Positions 1-14,365 are shown, counted from the first letter of the stretch. The stretch is DNA of 64,000 nucleotides from the human T2T-CHM13v2.0 reference genome, Homo sapiens (GCF_009914755.1 NC_060945.1); one strand, 5' to 3'. Translations and numbers: made by a program. Notes: generated by a model not told the origin, from the sequence alone.

Positions 1-952
1 CTGGGTCCTGCCTGAACAGGTCTGAGGCCAAAGGATCCCTAGGGCCGTCCTGGGTCAGAGTGAGGGGGGGCACACAAGCCCTCAGGACCCACCAGGCGAG
101 TCCAGGGAAGGCCCATGAAGGTGGCCACCGTGAGCCTTGTGGTCCACAGGGCCAGGCTGGCACATGCTGTGTTCTCACCCAGAAAGGCCGTTCCAGCTCC
201 TTCTGGACTCCTCCTCCTCCTCCCCAGTGTTCTCTGTCTCTCTGCCCACCCCGCTCTCTGTCTCCCTCACACACAGAGTATAGAATTGTGGGGAGATGAC
301 TCTGTATTTCCTCATCGTGCATTTATCACAGTGACTCATCCATCTGTGGCTGCTGGGTGACTGGCAGGGTTTGCGTTGAGCTTCCGAGTGAGGTTGATTC
401 GGAAGAGGAAGGCATGACTGCCTGGCTATTAGCAGAATGTCCGGCGTGGGCAGTGCCACCCAGCTGTCGACACTGACACCCAGGCTACCCTGACAGGTGG
501 CCACAGGGGGATGTGTGTGTACGCAGAGTTTCTCAGGACTCAACCTTCTTAAAAAGGAGGTTTGCAGTGAAGAGCACAGGGGTACCCATCGGGAGAGGAC
601 GGAAATGCTTCCATCAACCCACTGGGTTTGGGGAACAAAGCAGAAGTGTGTTAGGGCAGGTGTCAGACCACCTGCGAACCCTGGGCTGCTGGAGGCCTGG
701 CCTCTTGCACGAGCCTCTATCCACTCAGATTCACGGCAGGATCTGCCCCCGACAAAGGACTTCACCTGGACCGAGCTCCTGGGCCCCAAGCAGCTGACAT
801 TTGATTCTCGCAACAACTGTGCAGTAAGTGTGGTTACAGCCCCCACTCCGTGCCCAGAAAGTTCCACCATCTGACCAGGCAGGCGCAGAGACCCATGGCG
901 GGGCAGGGCAGAACCCCCCGCCCGTGAACATCTCCCGCCCCAGCTTCCCTTT

Positions 953-1019
953 GCGGGGCGCCGCAGCACTCCTGGGTTCTCCCCCTCCGCGGGGCGCCAC
1001 AGCACTCCTGGGTTCTCCC
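953..1019. repeat. Two-copy GC-rich direct repeat, period 36 bp
   Basis: gcggggcgcc(g/a)cagcactcctgggttctccc at 953-983 and 989-1019. Confidence 0.9.
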
Positions 1020-1559
1020 TCCAAAGGGGAAGAATGATGGAGACGGCGAGAATCTGCATGTGCCCGTGGCTGGCAACTGCTTGTGAGAAGGAGACCAAAG
1101 TCATCGGCTCACATCAGGACTTCCACCTGGCCTCTCCCGGAGGCCACCTCGCTTGGACAAACTCAAGTTTCCAACTGAACTAGGAGAAGAGCAGATGCTT
1201 GCTGGAAAGAGGGATCTGTCCCAGGCAGACTGGCCCACATTTCAGTGGCAGGGCAGCAGCCCTTCCTGAGATTCTCTCTGAAATGATTTTTTGACTAGGA
1301 TGTGGAGAAGACACACAGAAAGAGAGGTCTTTCCGAAGCAGTGAAATTTTACAACAATTCAAAGCTGCTACCACTTGCTTTGGCTGGGATCCAGCTACTG
1401 AAATCCAGAGACATCTATGAAAACACCCCTAATGTGAACCTGCTGCCCGAACTCCAGCTCACTCCCTTGTCCTGTGGAGCACGGACTCCCAGGAGTGGTG
1501 CTCTATAGCCCCAGAGAGCACCCAGGCCAGCCAGCTGATTTCACCCATCTCTCTCTCAA

Positions 1560-1568
1560 ACACACGTG

Positions 1569-1599
<31 letters not shown>

Positions 1600-1642
1600 C
1601 ACTCCCCTGCCACACACTATCACTCACACATGCTGACACACA
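1560..1642 (+). repeat. (CA)n microsatellite / CA-rich tract
   Basis: Near-pure CA run at about 1569-1598. Confidence 0.9.
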
Positions 1643-2129
1643 AAGGCATCCAAATTGGAAAAGAAGTAAAATCCTGTTTGTACACCGAAAACTAAAGATT
1701 ACACACACACACACATCTGCTAAAACTAATAAATGAATTCAGCAAAGTTGCAGCATACAAACTCAACCTGCAAAAATCAAGCTCATTTCTATACGCTAAC
1801 AAATGGCAACCCAAGAACAAATGAAGAAAGCAAGTCCATTTGTAGCATCAAAGTGAATGACACACTTAGAAATTAAACAAGGAGGTGAACGATTTCTACA
1901 ATAAAAACTACAAAATGTTGCTGAAAGACATTAAAAAAGACATTAAAAGACATCCCATGTTCATGAATTGGAAAACCTAATATTGAGATGTTAATACTAC
2001 TCAAAGCAATCTATAGATTCAACGCAATAACTACCTACCTAAATCCAACAGCACTTTTTAAAGAAATTTTAAAATCCATTCTACAATTCATATGGAATTG
2101 CAAGGGACTCTGAATAGTCAAGACAATCT

Positions 2130-2634
<505 letters not shown>

Positions 2635-2943
2635 AATCAAGGCAATCTGGAAAGAATAAAGTTGGAAGACTCACACTTTCATATTTCAAAACTTACTACA
2701 AAGCTACAGTAATCAATGGAGTGTGATACAGGCATGAAGACAGACATATGGACCAGTGGAATACAACAGTCCAGAAATAAACCCTGGCATGTATGGCCAG
2801 ATGATTTTTGATGAGAGTATGAACACCATTTAATGGGGAAAGGACAGTCTTTCCATCAAATAGTGCTGGGAAAATTGGAAATCCAGTTAAATTTTTTAAA
2901 AAAGTGAAGTTGGATCTTTACCTTACACCGTATACAAAAATTA

Positions 2944-3120
<177 letters not shown>

Positions 3121-3173
3121 TTACTCCGTTTTTAAAAGTAGGGAAATTCTGACACATGCTACAACATGGATGA

Positions 3174-3494
<321 letters not shown>

Positions 3495-5274
3495 ACAATG
3501 GTAAAATTTGTATTGTGTATTTTACAGTAATAAATATGCCAAAGGCTAAAAAAAATAAAGGTACAGTGGCCAGAGGAAGAAGGGCCCAACCTGGAATTGG
3601 AGCAGAGCTGTGGGTGGGTGAAGACCCCGTGGTAGGCAATGCATTTTAGCTGATGGGGTGCAGTAGTGTGTGCCGGGCAAAGCGGACAGTTCCAGCTCCC
3701 ACATCCAGGCTGCAGGGCCTTCATCCACCCAGCTGGGAATGCCTGCTCACTCTGCAGGAATGTGCAGCTGCTACTCACCCCGTCTTGTGACCACCAGCAA
3801 ATGGTTTGTTGGTGTTAAGCTGTGGCCTCAGCCACCTCAACAGGGCCCTGTCTGGCCATGGAGACGTTCCCCAAGTTCCAGTCATTGTCAGCTGCTGGGA
3901 CACTGCGGTACTGAATCAGCCCGTTGGAGTCATCCAAGTGTGAAAAGGTACCTGAATGAGGGCAGCCTGGGGACAGGAGAGCTTTCTGGAACATGGGGCA
4001 GGAAGGTAGCCTGGACTTCTGAGACACAGCCACTGGCCCTGGCCCTGGCCCTGGCCCAGTGCCCGGGAGCAGCCTAGCCTCCTCCTCCCAACACCCCTGC
4101 TCCCAGGCGCCAGGACAAGGGGCCAGAGGAGACCCAGATGGCCCAGATCCAATCCTTCCATGGTCCCCTGGGTGGGGCCAGTGCAGGGACCTCCCGGAAG
4201 CCACTGCTGTCTCCATCGCCACCCAGACTCAGGCCAGTCTGAGAACCCAGGATTAGGAAGTCATCTCTGAGATGGTCGGGTTAACACTTTCACGTGGTGG
4301 GTTAACATCTGCTGTTATAAACTTCACCGTAAACACACACTGTGCCTTAAGACGTTAGCTAATGAGAATACAACAAACACATAATTTTAAATGTACACAC
4401 ACACACACAAATAGCTGGGTGTGCAAACATTTTTTACACTTTACACAAAAGAACTTGGTGGCTTCTAGGCTGGAAGACGAGGCCCTCTGAGTCCTGTTGG
4501 GAGCGTGGGGTGTGATCCTGGGACAGAAGCCTTCAGCTGAAGGGGTGGGCAGGATGGAGGCCCTTCCACCAACAGAACCCTGAAAGGGACTTGGGACAAA
4601 TGGCCAGCCTGCCCGCAGAGGGCCTGGAAGGGCAGGCCGGGAGCAGAGGAGGCTGCTGTCTAAATATGAGGCGCTATTCCTGGCGGCCACATGTTCACAT
4701 TGCCCACAGAGCCCAGAGGGCAGCTCCGGACACAGCCAGGCCTGGGGGAGGGGCGAGCCTGGTATTATGGGAGAGGGTGGTCAGAATGCCACCAGCCAGG
4801 ACTGATGCAGGGTGAGGACAGGGGACCAGGCCTCCTCCCACCTGTGACTCTCCCTGTCCTGCCCACCCACCCACGGAACCACAGGAATGTGCTAGGGATT
4901 GCAGGGGATGTTGTGCCCACTCTGCTACCTTCCATCCCTGTGCACTGCCCTACCAGCCCCCTCCCCGCACCTGCTGCAGGGGCCCCGGGGGTGCCAGGGC
5001 CTGCCCAGGTCCCAGATCCAGACTTTCAAGGTGTGCAAATCACAGGATTTGTCCTAACAAGAGGGAGGGAAGCTTCCAATGTCATCTCCCTGCATTTCTG
5101 AGCCACCGAGGACTTCAGAATCACTTAAAGGTAGTGCAATTCACCCCCAAATCACTTACTTTTCCAAAAATTGGGGCCAGCTAGGGGGTGTCTGGGATGC
5201 AGCGGAAATCACCTATGGGGAAGTCAGTGCTGTAACAACAATGCTGGCTTGATCCCTTCCTGCCCCCCACCTGC

Positions 5275-5793
5275 TCACACACCACACACTCATACCACAC
5301 ACTTATACCACACTCACAGCATACACCACACTTATACCACACACGCTCACACCACACATGCACACTCACACCAAACTCATCACAGCCACATCACACACCA
5401 TACATGCATACACGCCACACTACATGCACACATATCACACACAGCACACATGTATACCACACGTGATCACACACTTATACCACGCTCACCCCACACACTC
5501 CACGCACCATACATGCACACACATCACACATATACCACACACACACCCACACACCACATTCACACCCTACACAGCCCACACACACGCTGACACCACACAC
5601 ACCCCAAACACACCATACATGCGCAGACACCACACAACATACATGCACACACCACACACTGCATTCACACTACACACATATACCACACACATACCCTCAC
5701 ACCACACACGCGCACACACACTCTACATACCACACATGCACCCCCCACCCCTCACACACACATGCATACCACCTCCCACCACCCTACACACAT
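5275..5793 (+). repeat. ~520-bp degenerate (CA)-rich low-complexity tract
   Basis: Continuous cacac/catac units; source of the spurious His/Thr-rich ORFs. Confidence 0.92.
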
Positions 5794-6264
5794 AACAGGT
5801 TATTCATTCTGGGTGACGGGAATATGGGGGTTGCTCTTATTCACTGTACTTTTTGACTTTCCATACTTCTCCAAATAGAAATAAAAGAGGAGGGCGGAAG
5901 AGGAGGAGCAAATTGGGAGTAAAAGAGCAGGTGCTGGGAGCTTCCCGTGGCTCAGGGGTGGCTTCTGGAACGGGAGAGAGCAGGTGACAGCGATGAGGTA
6001 GGTCTGCAGAGGAGCCGTGTGCAGGAGCAGAGATGGAAGGGCCAGCGCGCAGGCAGCCTTCGGACTCGGCTGCCCAGCTGGGAGGGCTGTGTCTGCACTG
6101 ACACGGGTGTCAACAGCAGGGGCGACCTAGAGCGAGTCTGTAAGAAGGAAGGCCGCGACGCCTGCAGGGACCCAGGCCCTCCCAGCCTTAGCACAGCAGC
6201 GCTCCTGGCCAAAAACCCAAGTGCCTGCTGCTCACTGTCTCAGAACCCACTTCGAGTACAGAAA

Positions 6265-6400
6265 CATGTCTGTGCATGCACGTGTCTACACAGGTGTGTT
6301 TCTGGGGTGTGAACACAGTGCATGTGTACACACACACGTGTATGTGTGTGCATCTGTGTGCCTGGTTCAGGATGTATGTGCACGGACAGCATATGCACAG
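6265..6400 (+). repeat. Degenerate (TG)/(CA) tract
   Basis: tgtgcatgcacgtgtc...tatgtgtgtgcatctgtgtg. Confidence 0.7.
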
Positions 6401-6696
6401 GGAACACGCTTGTGCCTGAGTGCGCTGGGGTCAGTGGTGCTGGCCAAGTGAGAATGGGGGTGGGCATGAGGGTGCTGGGCGGGGCCAGGGCAGGAACTCA
6501 TGGAACTGGAGGCCTGTCTTCCCCCTGATACATTCCAGAGGCGGGAGGGGGTGGACAGAGTCTGGGGGCTACTTCTTCACCCCAGGCGCTGCCCTCTCAG
6601 AGGACCCAGTAGAAACCCACACAACACCCAGTCTCTGTCTGAGGGGAGGATGGGGTGGGAGGACCCCCTCTAAGTGCACTGTGACTTTGGGAAACA

Positions 6697-7574
<878 letters not shown>

Positions 7575-7611
7575 CACCTGGGCACTGTGGCTCCAACTGC
7601 TGTTCGTCTGT

Positions 7612-7745
7612 CATGTAGTGACTGACAGGGCTGACCTCATCTTAACCTGCTTACGTCGGTAAAGACCCTCTTTCTAAACAAGGTCACATTTACAGGCACT
7701 GCGGGTTAGGAATTCAGTATCAAGGGGATACAGTTCGATCCATAA
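7612..7745 (-). mobile_element. MLT1 (MaLR) LTR fragment
   Basis: gacctcatcttaac...aaagaccctctttctaaacaaggtcacatttacagg...gggttagga resembles the reverse of an MLT1 5' end. Confidence 0.65.
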
Positions 7746-9224
7746 GTAAGTAAATTCCCAAGTAAATATGTAACCTCAGATTGAGAAGTGCTCTGGAGAA
7801 AATAGGGGAATTCACCAAGGCAACCTAATTATGTTCCAAAATATTCAGAACACATTGCTATTGGAAGACCGTTCTCTATCCTTCCACCTGGACTGGCCTC
7901 TGTCCCTCTATCCTCAAACATCCCCTGAGGACTCAGCGTTTCATTCCTTGCTGCCCACGTACAGCCCTGGGGCTCTTTGCTCTGCTTCTGGGGTCTCACG
8001 CGGAACTCTGAGGAACATGGACGGCCGTCACAGGAACCTCAGTGAGCCCCGAGCAGGCTGGACAGCAAGGGCAGGGGACTGAGGCTCAACAACCAGCCCC
8101 TCCCCCAACAGGCCATGGCAGCTCAGCAGACACTCCCATGCTGCCTCCCAAGGCCAAAAGAGGACGTGTTTGCAAAGGGTGTTGTCCTTCCCCTTGCCTG
8201 CAGTGATTCAGCCAGCTGAACGAGAACTCGTGGTCACCTTAGGCAGCCACGCTGGACAAAAAAAACAACATGCAACCAAAAGTCCCCTTTGTCCTCGTTC
8301 ACAATGCTTCTTGCCTAAATTACCCACGTCTGCTGGAAGACTCGGGCGCATTTCGTCTGTACCGAGAGCAATCAGGAAGTTTGGGGTCTGTGGTGCTCCC
8401 CAGCACAGCAAGCCCCAGGGCTACAGGGGAGTCGTTAGCTCCCAGGCCAGGGCTCTGTGGACACTGCGAAGACCGGTGCCTGCTGCAGGTGGAGCAGCTG
8501 TGAGACCTCCTGGCTCGTCTTCCCAGGGATGCGGGCTTTAATTTTCCATCCTGGCTGCCGTCCCCTTCCATGACCTGCGCTTATGAATGGCCATGTCCAA
8601 CAAGTGGCATCACCCCCTCCCACTGTCTCCAAGGAGCCTGCTCTGGGGAACGCTATCTTGTTTTTCTAAAGAGCCACGTCTACAAGCAAAGAGGAAGGTG
8701 TGTGGTGCCTTCCAAAGTGCTAGCTGCCGGGAAAGGACACATCCCTCACACCTCCTTTTTGAGCTGCAGAAAATGCAGCTCAGAGATGCCAAGTGAGCAT
8801 CGCACTCAGGAATGCGCTGTGCCCTCCGTGGAGTCAGACTTTGGCCTCTTAAGCAAGAGCAGGAGAAGACGAGGGGGTGGGCAGCAGCCAGGGGCAGGCG
8901 CTGGCACAAACAGATGAGGATCTAAATCCACCTGCTGGTCACACAGCCCTGAGCTGGTGCCTCGCCCCTCACAGCCCCTGCTGCAGGTATATAAAGCTGG
9001 GCACGGGTGGACAGGACGCAAAGCAGTGATATGTGCCTCCAGTCAGCCCTGAAGGCCAGGGTGGCAGCTTCCCCTAAGAACAGAGGGCGCCTGGGTGGCT
9101 GCCCCAAGAGAACAAAGCAGTGCAGACCTGCAGCTCCCCCTGCAGTGAACAGAGCTCTCTGCAAACGTTCTCTGACAGCAATGTACCGAAATCTCTTCCT
9201 AACTCAAGTTTACAAAAATTTTGT

Positions 9225-9510
9225 TTTCTTCTAGAAATTTAATAGTGTTAGATCACATATGTGGGTCTACGATCTGTTAAGGTTCTGTATGCAGTGAAAA
9301 GTATGCAGTTCCACTTTTGTGCCAGTGGATACCCAATTGTCTCTGCTCCATTGTTAAAAAGACTTCCCTTTTCCACTGAATTGTCTTTGAATCTTTGTTG
9401 GAAATGTGTGTCTGTATCTGTGGGTCTATTTGTGGACTCATTGTGTTCCACTGATACACTGTCTATCCTAATTTCAACACCACACTGGGATTATGGTAGG
9501 TTTATGGTAG
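9225..9510 (-). mobile_element. L1M ORF2 fragment
   Basis: ggatacccaattgtctctgctccattgttaaaaagacttcccttttcc... Confidence 0.7.
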
Positions 9511-10659
9511 GGAGGCCTTCGCCTCTGGCCTGGGGTGTTGACGGAAGCTGCTCCCAGGCAGTGGTTCCTGGGGACAGTAGGGGCAGCAGGACCCCGCTGG
9601 CCCGCTCTGCACCTTGGGCCGCCTGCCTCTGCTTCCGCTTCCCGCCACCTTTGCTCCACAAGGTCACAGCCCAGGAGACGAGGCAGACTCCTCCAGATTT
9701 ATGTCCAACACCCAATCTGGGTTTCTGAAGAAACTTCTCTCGGAAACGCCCAGCTTCCCCGGTTTCCTTTGTTCCCAGAACCGGCAGGGAGCAGAGACAA
9801 GAATCATGAGCCTCCCAGCAGCCTGGGCCCTGGGGGAACGCCACCACCCTGCTGTGCTTCACATTCCCCAGCCACAAACGGGGACAAGTCTCCCTTCCCC
9901 TCCTGGATCCTGCACTCTGTCCTGGAACCTTCCAGAGAGAACAGGCCCAGAGCCTGCAGAACCTGTGTCACCCAGAACCCCCACTGGCTGCACGGGAGAC
10001 TCGCTGGGGCTTTTGAAGGCCTACACAGTTCTCTGGCTGTGGTGTGAGGAGTGGTGGAGGCTGCAGGAGGACTGAGGGCCTCCGCTGCGGAGAAACCAAG
10101 GAAGGAGGGGTGCTGCCTGCCATGAGGTGGCGCTCAGCCTGCCAGCGCCCACATCACAGGGGCTCCCATCCGCCCGCCTGCCCCGGAGCTCGCCCGGCCT
10201 CCATCTCCCCGTCTCGGGACATGGTGACTGCGCCCTCACCTAGTTGCTCTGAGGATAGAAAGCAATCCACCGAAGCCTCATGCAGGCACACAGGGTGGAC
10301 ACGCTCAGAACATAGGCCTGGCAGGCAGCCCCTACCAGAGCCAGGCATTCGTTCACACGCATCAGCCATTCTGGGGGAGGAAGGAGGAGAGGCCCCAACT
10401 TTACAAGCCCCGTGCCCGCAGATGAGGGGAAGAAGTAAAGATGGAGGCTGTGGGTCCCCATGTGGCGGGGCCCTCTGTACTCCTGCCCCGCCGTGGCGGA
10501 TAATGGGAAACCGCAAAGGAACACACTGTGGCCGTTTCTTCGGGATGGACCCGCGCGTCCTCACTGCCTTTCTCTCGGGATCCTGGGGCTCAAGTGAACT
10601 GATGCCATCCTTGGTTCATCGTTTGTTCATGTAAGGCTCCCTTGTATTTTCATCCGTTC

Positions 10660-11500
10660 ATTTTAATAACGTGATGAGCACTTGTGAACCTACCCCACTC
10701 CAAGAAGTGGACAGCAGAGAAAGCAATCAACATGCTTCTTTCTCTCCCATTCCCACCCTGCCTGGCAACCTCCATCTGGAGTTTTCTCCTTCTCCTTTTT
10801 CTTAAAAGTTTTAACACATATACACACACTTGCTGAAAAACACACGGCTTGTTGTGCTTGTTTCCAAGCTGTATGGGACGGAGTCACACAGAGTCTTCGG
10901 GACTTGTCATTTTCACTCAGTCTTAACGCTATGCAGCACTGGTGCTGTCGCCGTGGCCTTCGCTCACCGTGGCCAGAGCTGTGTGGGGTTTCCGCGTGCA
11001 GCGCGCCATGAAGTGCTCCTTAACTCTGGGATGGCACTGGGCTGTGTCTGGCTTGGGGCTGCTCCCAACAGAACTGCCCTGAGATGTGAGCACATGCTCG
11101 AGCTTCTCCTGGGGGTGCCTGCAGGGAACCTGCTGTAGAAAGGGCACATGATGTTCAACGTCACACATAGTGCCAAACGGGTTTCCCAAATATTCAGACC
11201 GCTGCTCCCCCAGAAGCACTGGGAGAGAGCCACATCCCGCTCAGGCTCGACAGGTTGGACTTCCGAGGTTCGGCCAATCTGGTGGGTGCACAGTGGTCTC
11301 CTTACCATCCAGGTTTGCGTGTCCCTGGAGACTAATGTGGTTGACCATCTCTTCCCATGTTTGCCAGCCAAATCACTGAGAAATGCCTGCCAGTCACATA
11401 TGTATGTTTCTCCATTGGGTTGTAGGTCTTTTTCTTACTGATTGGTAGGATTTTTTTATTTAAATTTCTTTCAGGTGGTTTTGGTAAGCATGTGTTCTTA
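10660..11500 (-). mobile_element. Highly diverged L1M(E-like) 3' region
   Basis: tgccaaacgggtttccca and gactaatgtggttgaccatctcttcccatgtttg resemble the reverse of an L1 3' end. Confidence 0.55.
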
Positions 11501-12693
11501 GCTGGCAAACTTTCAGATCGTACCAACCCTTTCCTCTTTGGCTGGCACTCTTGGGTCCTGTTGAAGACTCCTCGCTGCTGCAGGTCCGCGGCTATTCGCT
11601 TGGTGCCCTGCTCTGGGGAAAGGCAGCCCGGGTCTGCCCCACTCCTGCCGAGTGTGCCGGCTCTTCCTTTGCGGGAGAAACCCTTCCCAGAAAAGCACCA
11701 CTGGGGAGAGGCCCTGCCTCCTGCTCGTGACTTAGGACACACCACAAGCTCCAAGGGACCCATCTGCGCAAATGACAACCACAAAGGACACCTCTGTGGG
11801 GAGTCATTGATCTCACAAGGCAGGGAGGGGCCTCAAGGGGTACCCCAAAACAAACTGAGCAAATGCAAGCTGGACCCAAATGGCAGGGTTCTTCAGTGGC
11901 CCAAAGTGGACTGGGGTACCCAGCACTCAGGAGGCCAGTGTGCACCAAAGCCCAGGCTCGGGAGGACAGAGCGTTGGGCAGGGGCAGAGCCGGCCAGACT
12001 ATGGTGACCACAAGGCCAGGCCGGCCAACTGGCCCCTCACAGGCGCAGTCAGCAAGACACACATGTGGCCTGTGATGACACAGACCCTGGACTGGCACTC
12101 GAAGGTCAGAGCCAGGATAGGCCAGCCCTGTTCTCACAGGCCTGTGGCCAGCAGGACAGTGCAGCCTCAAGGAACAAGCGAACTGAAACACCAAGAACAG
12201 CCCCGTGGGTGCAGAAGCCCTGGGCAGCATCAGCGTCAGAACAGCTGCTTGCAGACCCACCGCCCCTCCCTCCCTCTCAGCCAAGTAACTCAGTGCTGCA
12301 GCATCTGTACAAGATAGAAGCACATCAGTGATGCCCCACAGCCACCGCAGGCCCCCGAGGCACACAGACATGGCCATTCAAAACAACCCACAAGGGCAGG
12401 CAAGGCTCTCTCCAGAAGACCACGACTAATCCCATCTAGACAGGCCAGGGCAGAAGCACAACACGCCAGAGGCAAGCACCCACCAAGACAGCCTGGCTCC
12501 ACCACCCCCCACTCCTTCTGCAGGCTGAGAGACGGCGACAACAGCACCCTGGCACTGCACCACCCTGGACCACTCCTTGCTGTGCCAGGCTAAAGGACAG
12601 CCGGTCCTGCCCTCACAGAGCACGCGTGGCAAGGTCTCCACTGCTGAGACAGCAGTCACCTGGCTCTTTCACTTTAAAACGCCTCTGTGAGAC

Positions 12694-13174
12694 TGGAACA
12701 GGAATTAAAAGAAATTAAAGAACGTGTAAGCAGAAACTCAGTTGTAAGAAAACCCAACTCCCCCTGAGAAAGAGAAAGAGCTGGAGTCCTTTAAAAATTA
12801 ACTGCCTGTTTTTCTGTGGCTAGTGAGCTTTATCTCTCCCTTTCCCAGGCATTGTGGAGACCCTGATTCCCTAGCTGTGCAGCTGCAAGGTCACAGATAA
12901 ACTCAAGTCGCAAAACATGTTTCTCCTTAAAAAGTAAGAAATGACATAATGCATGTCTCAATTAATTAAATAACTGTCTTTGTTTCTCGCTTGTGTAATA
13001 TGCTTCCCCCTGTACAGATCTCCCCCCGCCCCATGAGATGCTTAAAAGGTAACTTAACTCTTTGTTTGGGACTCAGTCGTTTGGATGTTAATCCGACTGG
13101 GCTAGTGCACCTAAATAATAAATATCCTCCTGTACCCCATCAGTTTCTCTGATTCCTTAAAAAATCCCGCTACA
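12694..13174 (+). mobile_element. Solo ERV1 LTR (LTR15-like), 481 bp
   Basis: TG...CA termini, perfect 4-bp TSD AGAC (12690-93 / 13175-78), internal AATAAA. Start caggaattaaaagaaattaaag matches the recalled LTR15. Confidence 0.8.
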
Positions 13175-14040
13175 AGACAGCGGCCGCTCTGGGCTGTGTC
13201 TTTCACACTGAGTTCTCTCCCACCCAGCCTGAGGGATCATCTCCCAACTGCTGTGAGCTGAGCCGGTGCTCACAAGACACCTTAGACCCTTCAGGCTTGA
13301 GGTCTGTGCACAGCTACCTTCAATGAAGAGCATAAGTCAAGCTGCTCTTCAATGAAGAGCAGATGCCTTTCACTGCTGAATTACCCAGAGAGGAATTCGT
13401 GGTTGTGCCCAGGATGGGAAAGGCTTCCAGGAGCCCCAGGGGTGAGGTGTACTCCATACTCAGTGCTGGAAGCCTGGGGCATCAGGAGGCCCCCACTCTG
13501 CCCCTCATCCCCGAGTTCCTGGTCGCAGATGCAGCGTCACACCTGAGAGCCAGAGGGAGGTTTCAGGGTGTAATCTAGCCTGTGTGACCCCTTGTTCCTG
13601 ATGAACACCTGGAACCCAGGCCAGCAGCCTCCCCTGTGCCCACGGAGTAGGCAGTTGCAAATGCACATGCAGGAAGAAGGAAGTCCTTTCTCTTAGATCC
13701 CACTCTGAGTTATTGCTGTGGCAACCATTCCTAACGCTCATCTCCTTTTCTCCAGCCCGTCTCAGAAACACGTGGTGAAGCTCCATGATGAAACGCTCTG
13801 ACCCACTCTGCAGGGTACAGCATTAGCGTTCAGGTCGGCTTCCTGAGCCCAGGAAATGTCCTGGCCCTGGCACAGCAGTGGGTGGCTGGTAGGGCCCTGA
13901 GCTAGGCAGGGAGGCCCCTCCTCAGGCTTCTCTGTTCTTTCCCAACCCTGGGAGGAACACCTGGATGGGGCCACCCTCTGTCTACCCCACTGGCCTCAAC
14001 AGAATGAAAACCAGACTCATGAGATGCTCAAACTCCCAGG

Positions 14041-14365
14041 CAAGGATCCCCAAGAACGGCAGAGCCCAGCAGGTGAGGCCTCCCATGAACAGCAGAGCCC
14101 AGCAGGAGAGGCCCTCAGGAACAGCAGAGCCCAGCAGGTGAAGCCCCCAGAACAAAGGTGTCTGGCAGGTGAGGTCCCCTGAACAACAGTGGTGTCCAGC
14201 AGGAGAGGCCCCCGAGGAACAGCGTTGTCTGGCAGGTGAGACCCCCAGGGATAGAGATGTCCGGTAGAAGAAGCCTCCCAGGGACAGAGATGTCCGGTGT
14301 CCAGTGTCCAGCAGGCGAGGCCCCCCAGGGACAGAGGTGTCCAGCAGGAGAGTCCCCCGACGAGC
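14041..14365. repeat. Degenerate ~32-33-bp minisatellite, about 9-10 units
   Basis: Units such as agcagagcccagcagg(t/a)gaggccc..ggaac grading into agaggtgtccagcaggagag. Confidence 0.85.

Noticed and set aside
5171-5795. His/Thr-rich ORFs
   Set aside because: Translation of the CA-rich low-complexity tract.
8988-8995. TATATAAA box in GC-rich flanks
   Set aside because: A single short motif with no CpG island or downstream exon evidence.
11592-12377. 261-aa minus-strand ORF and overlapping plus-strand ORFs
   Set aside because: No recognisable family or exon structure; multiple frames are open because of high GC.
14041-14365. Possible CRISPR-like repeat-spacer array
   Set aside because: Units are head-to-tail with no unique spacers, there are no cas genes, and the context is eukaryotic.
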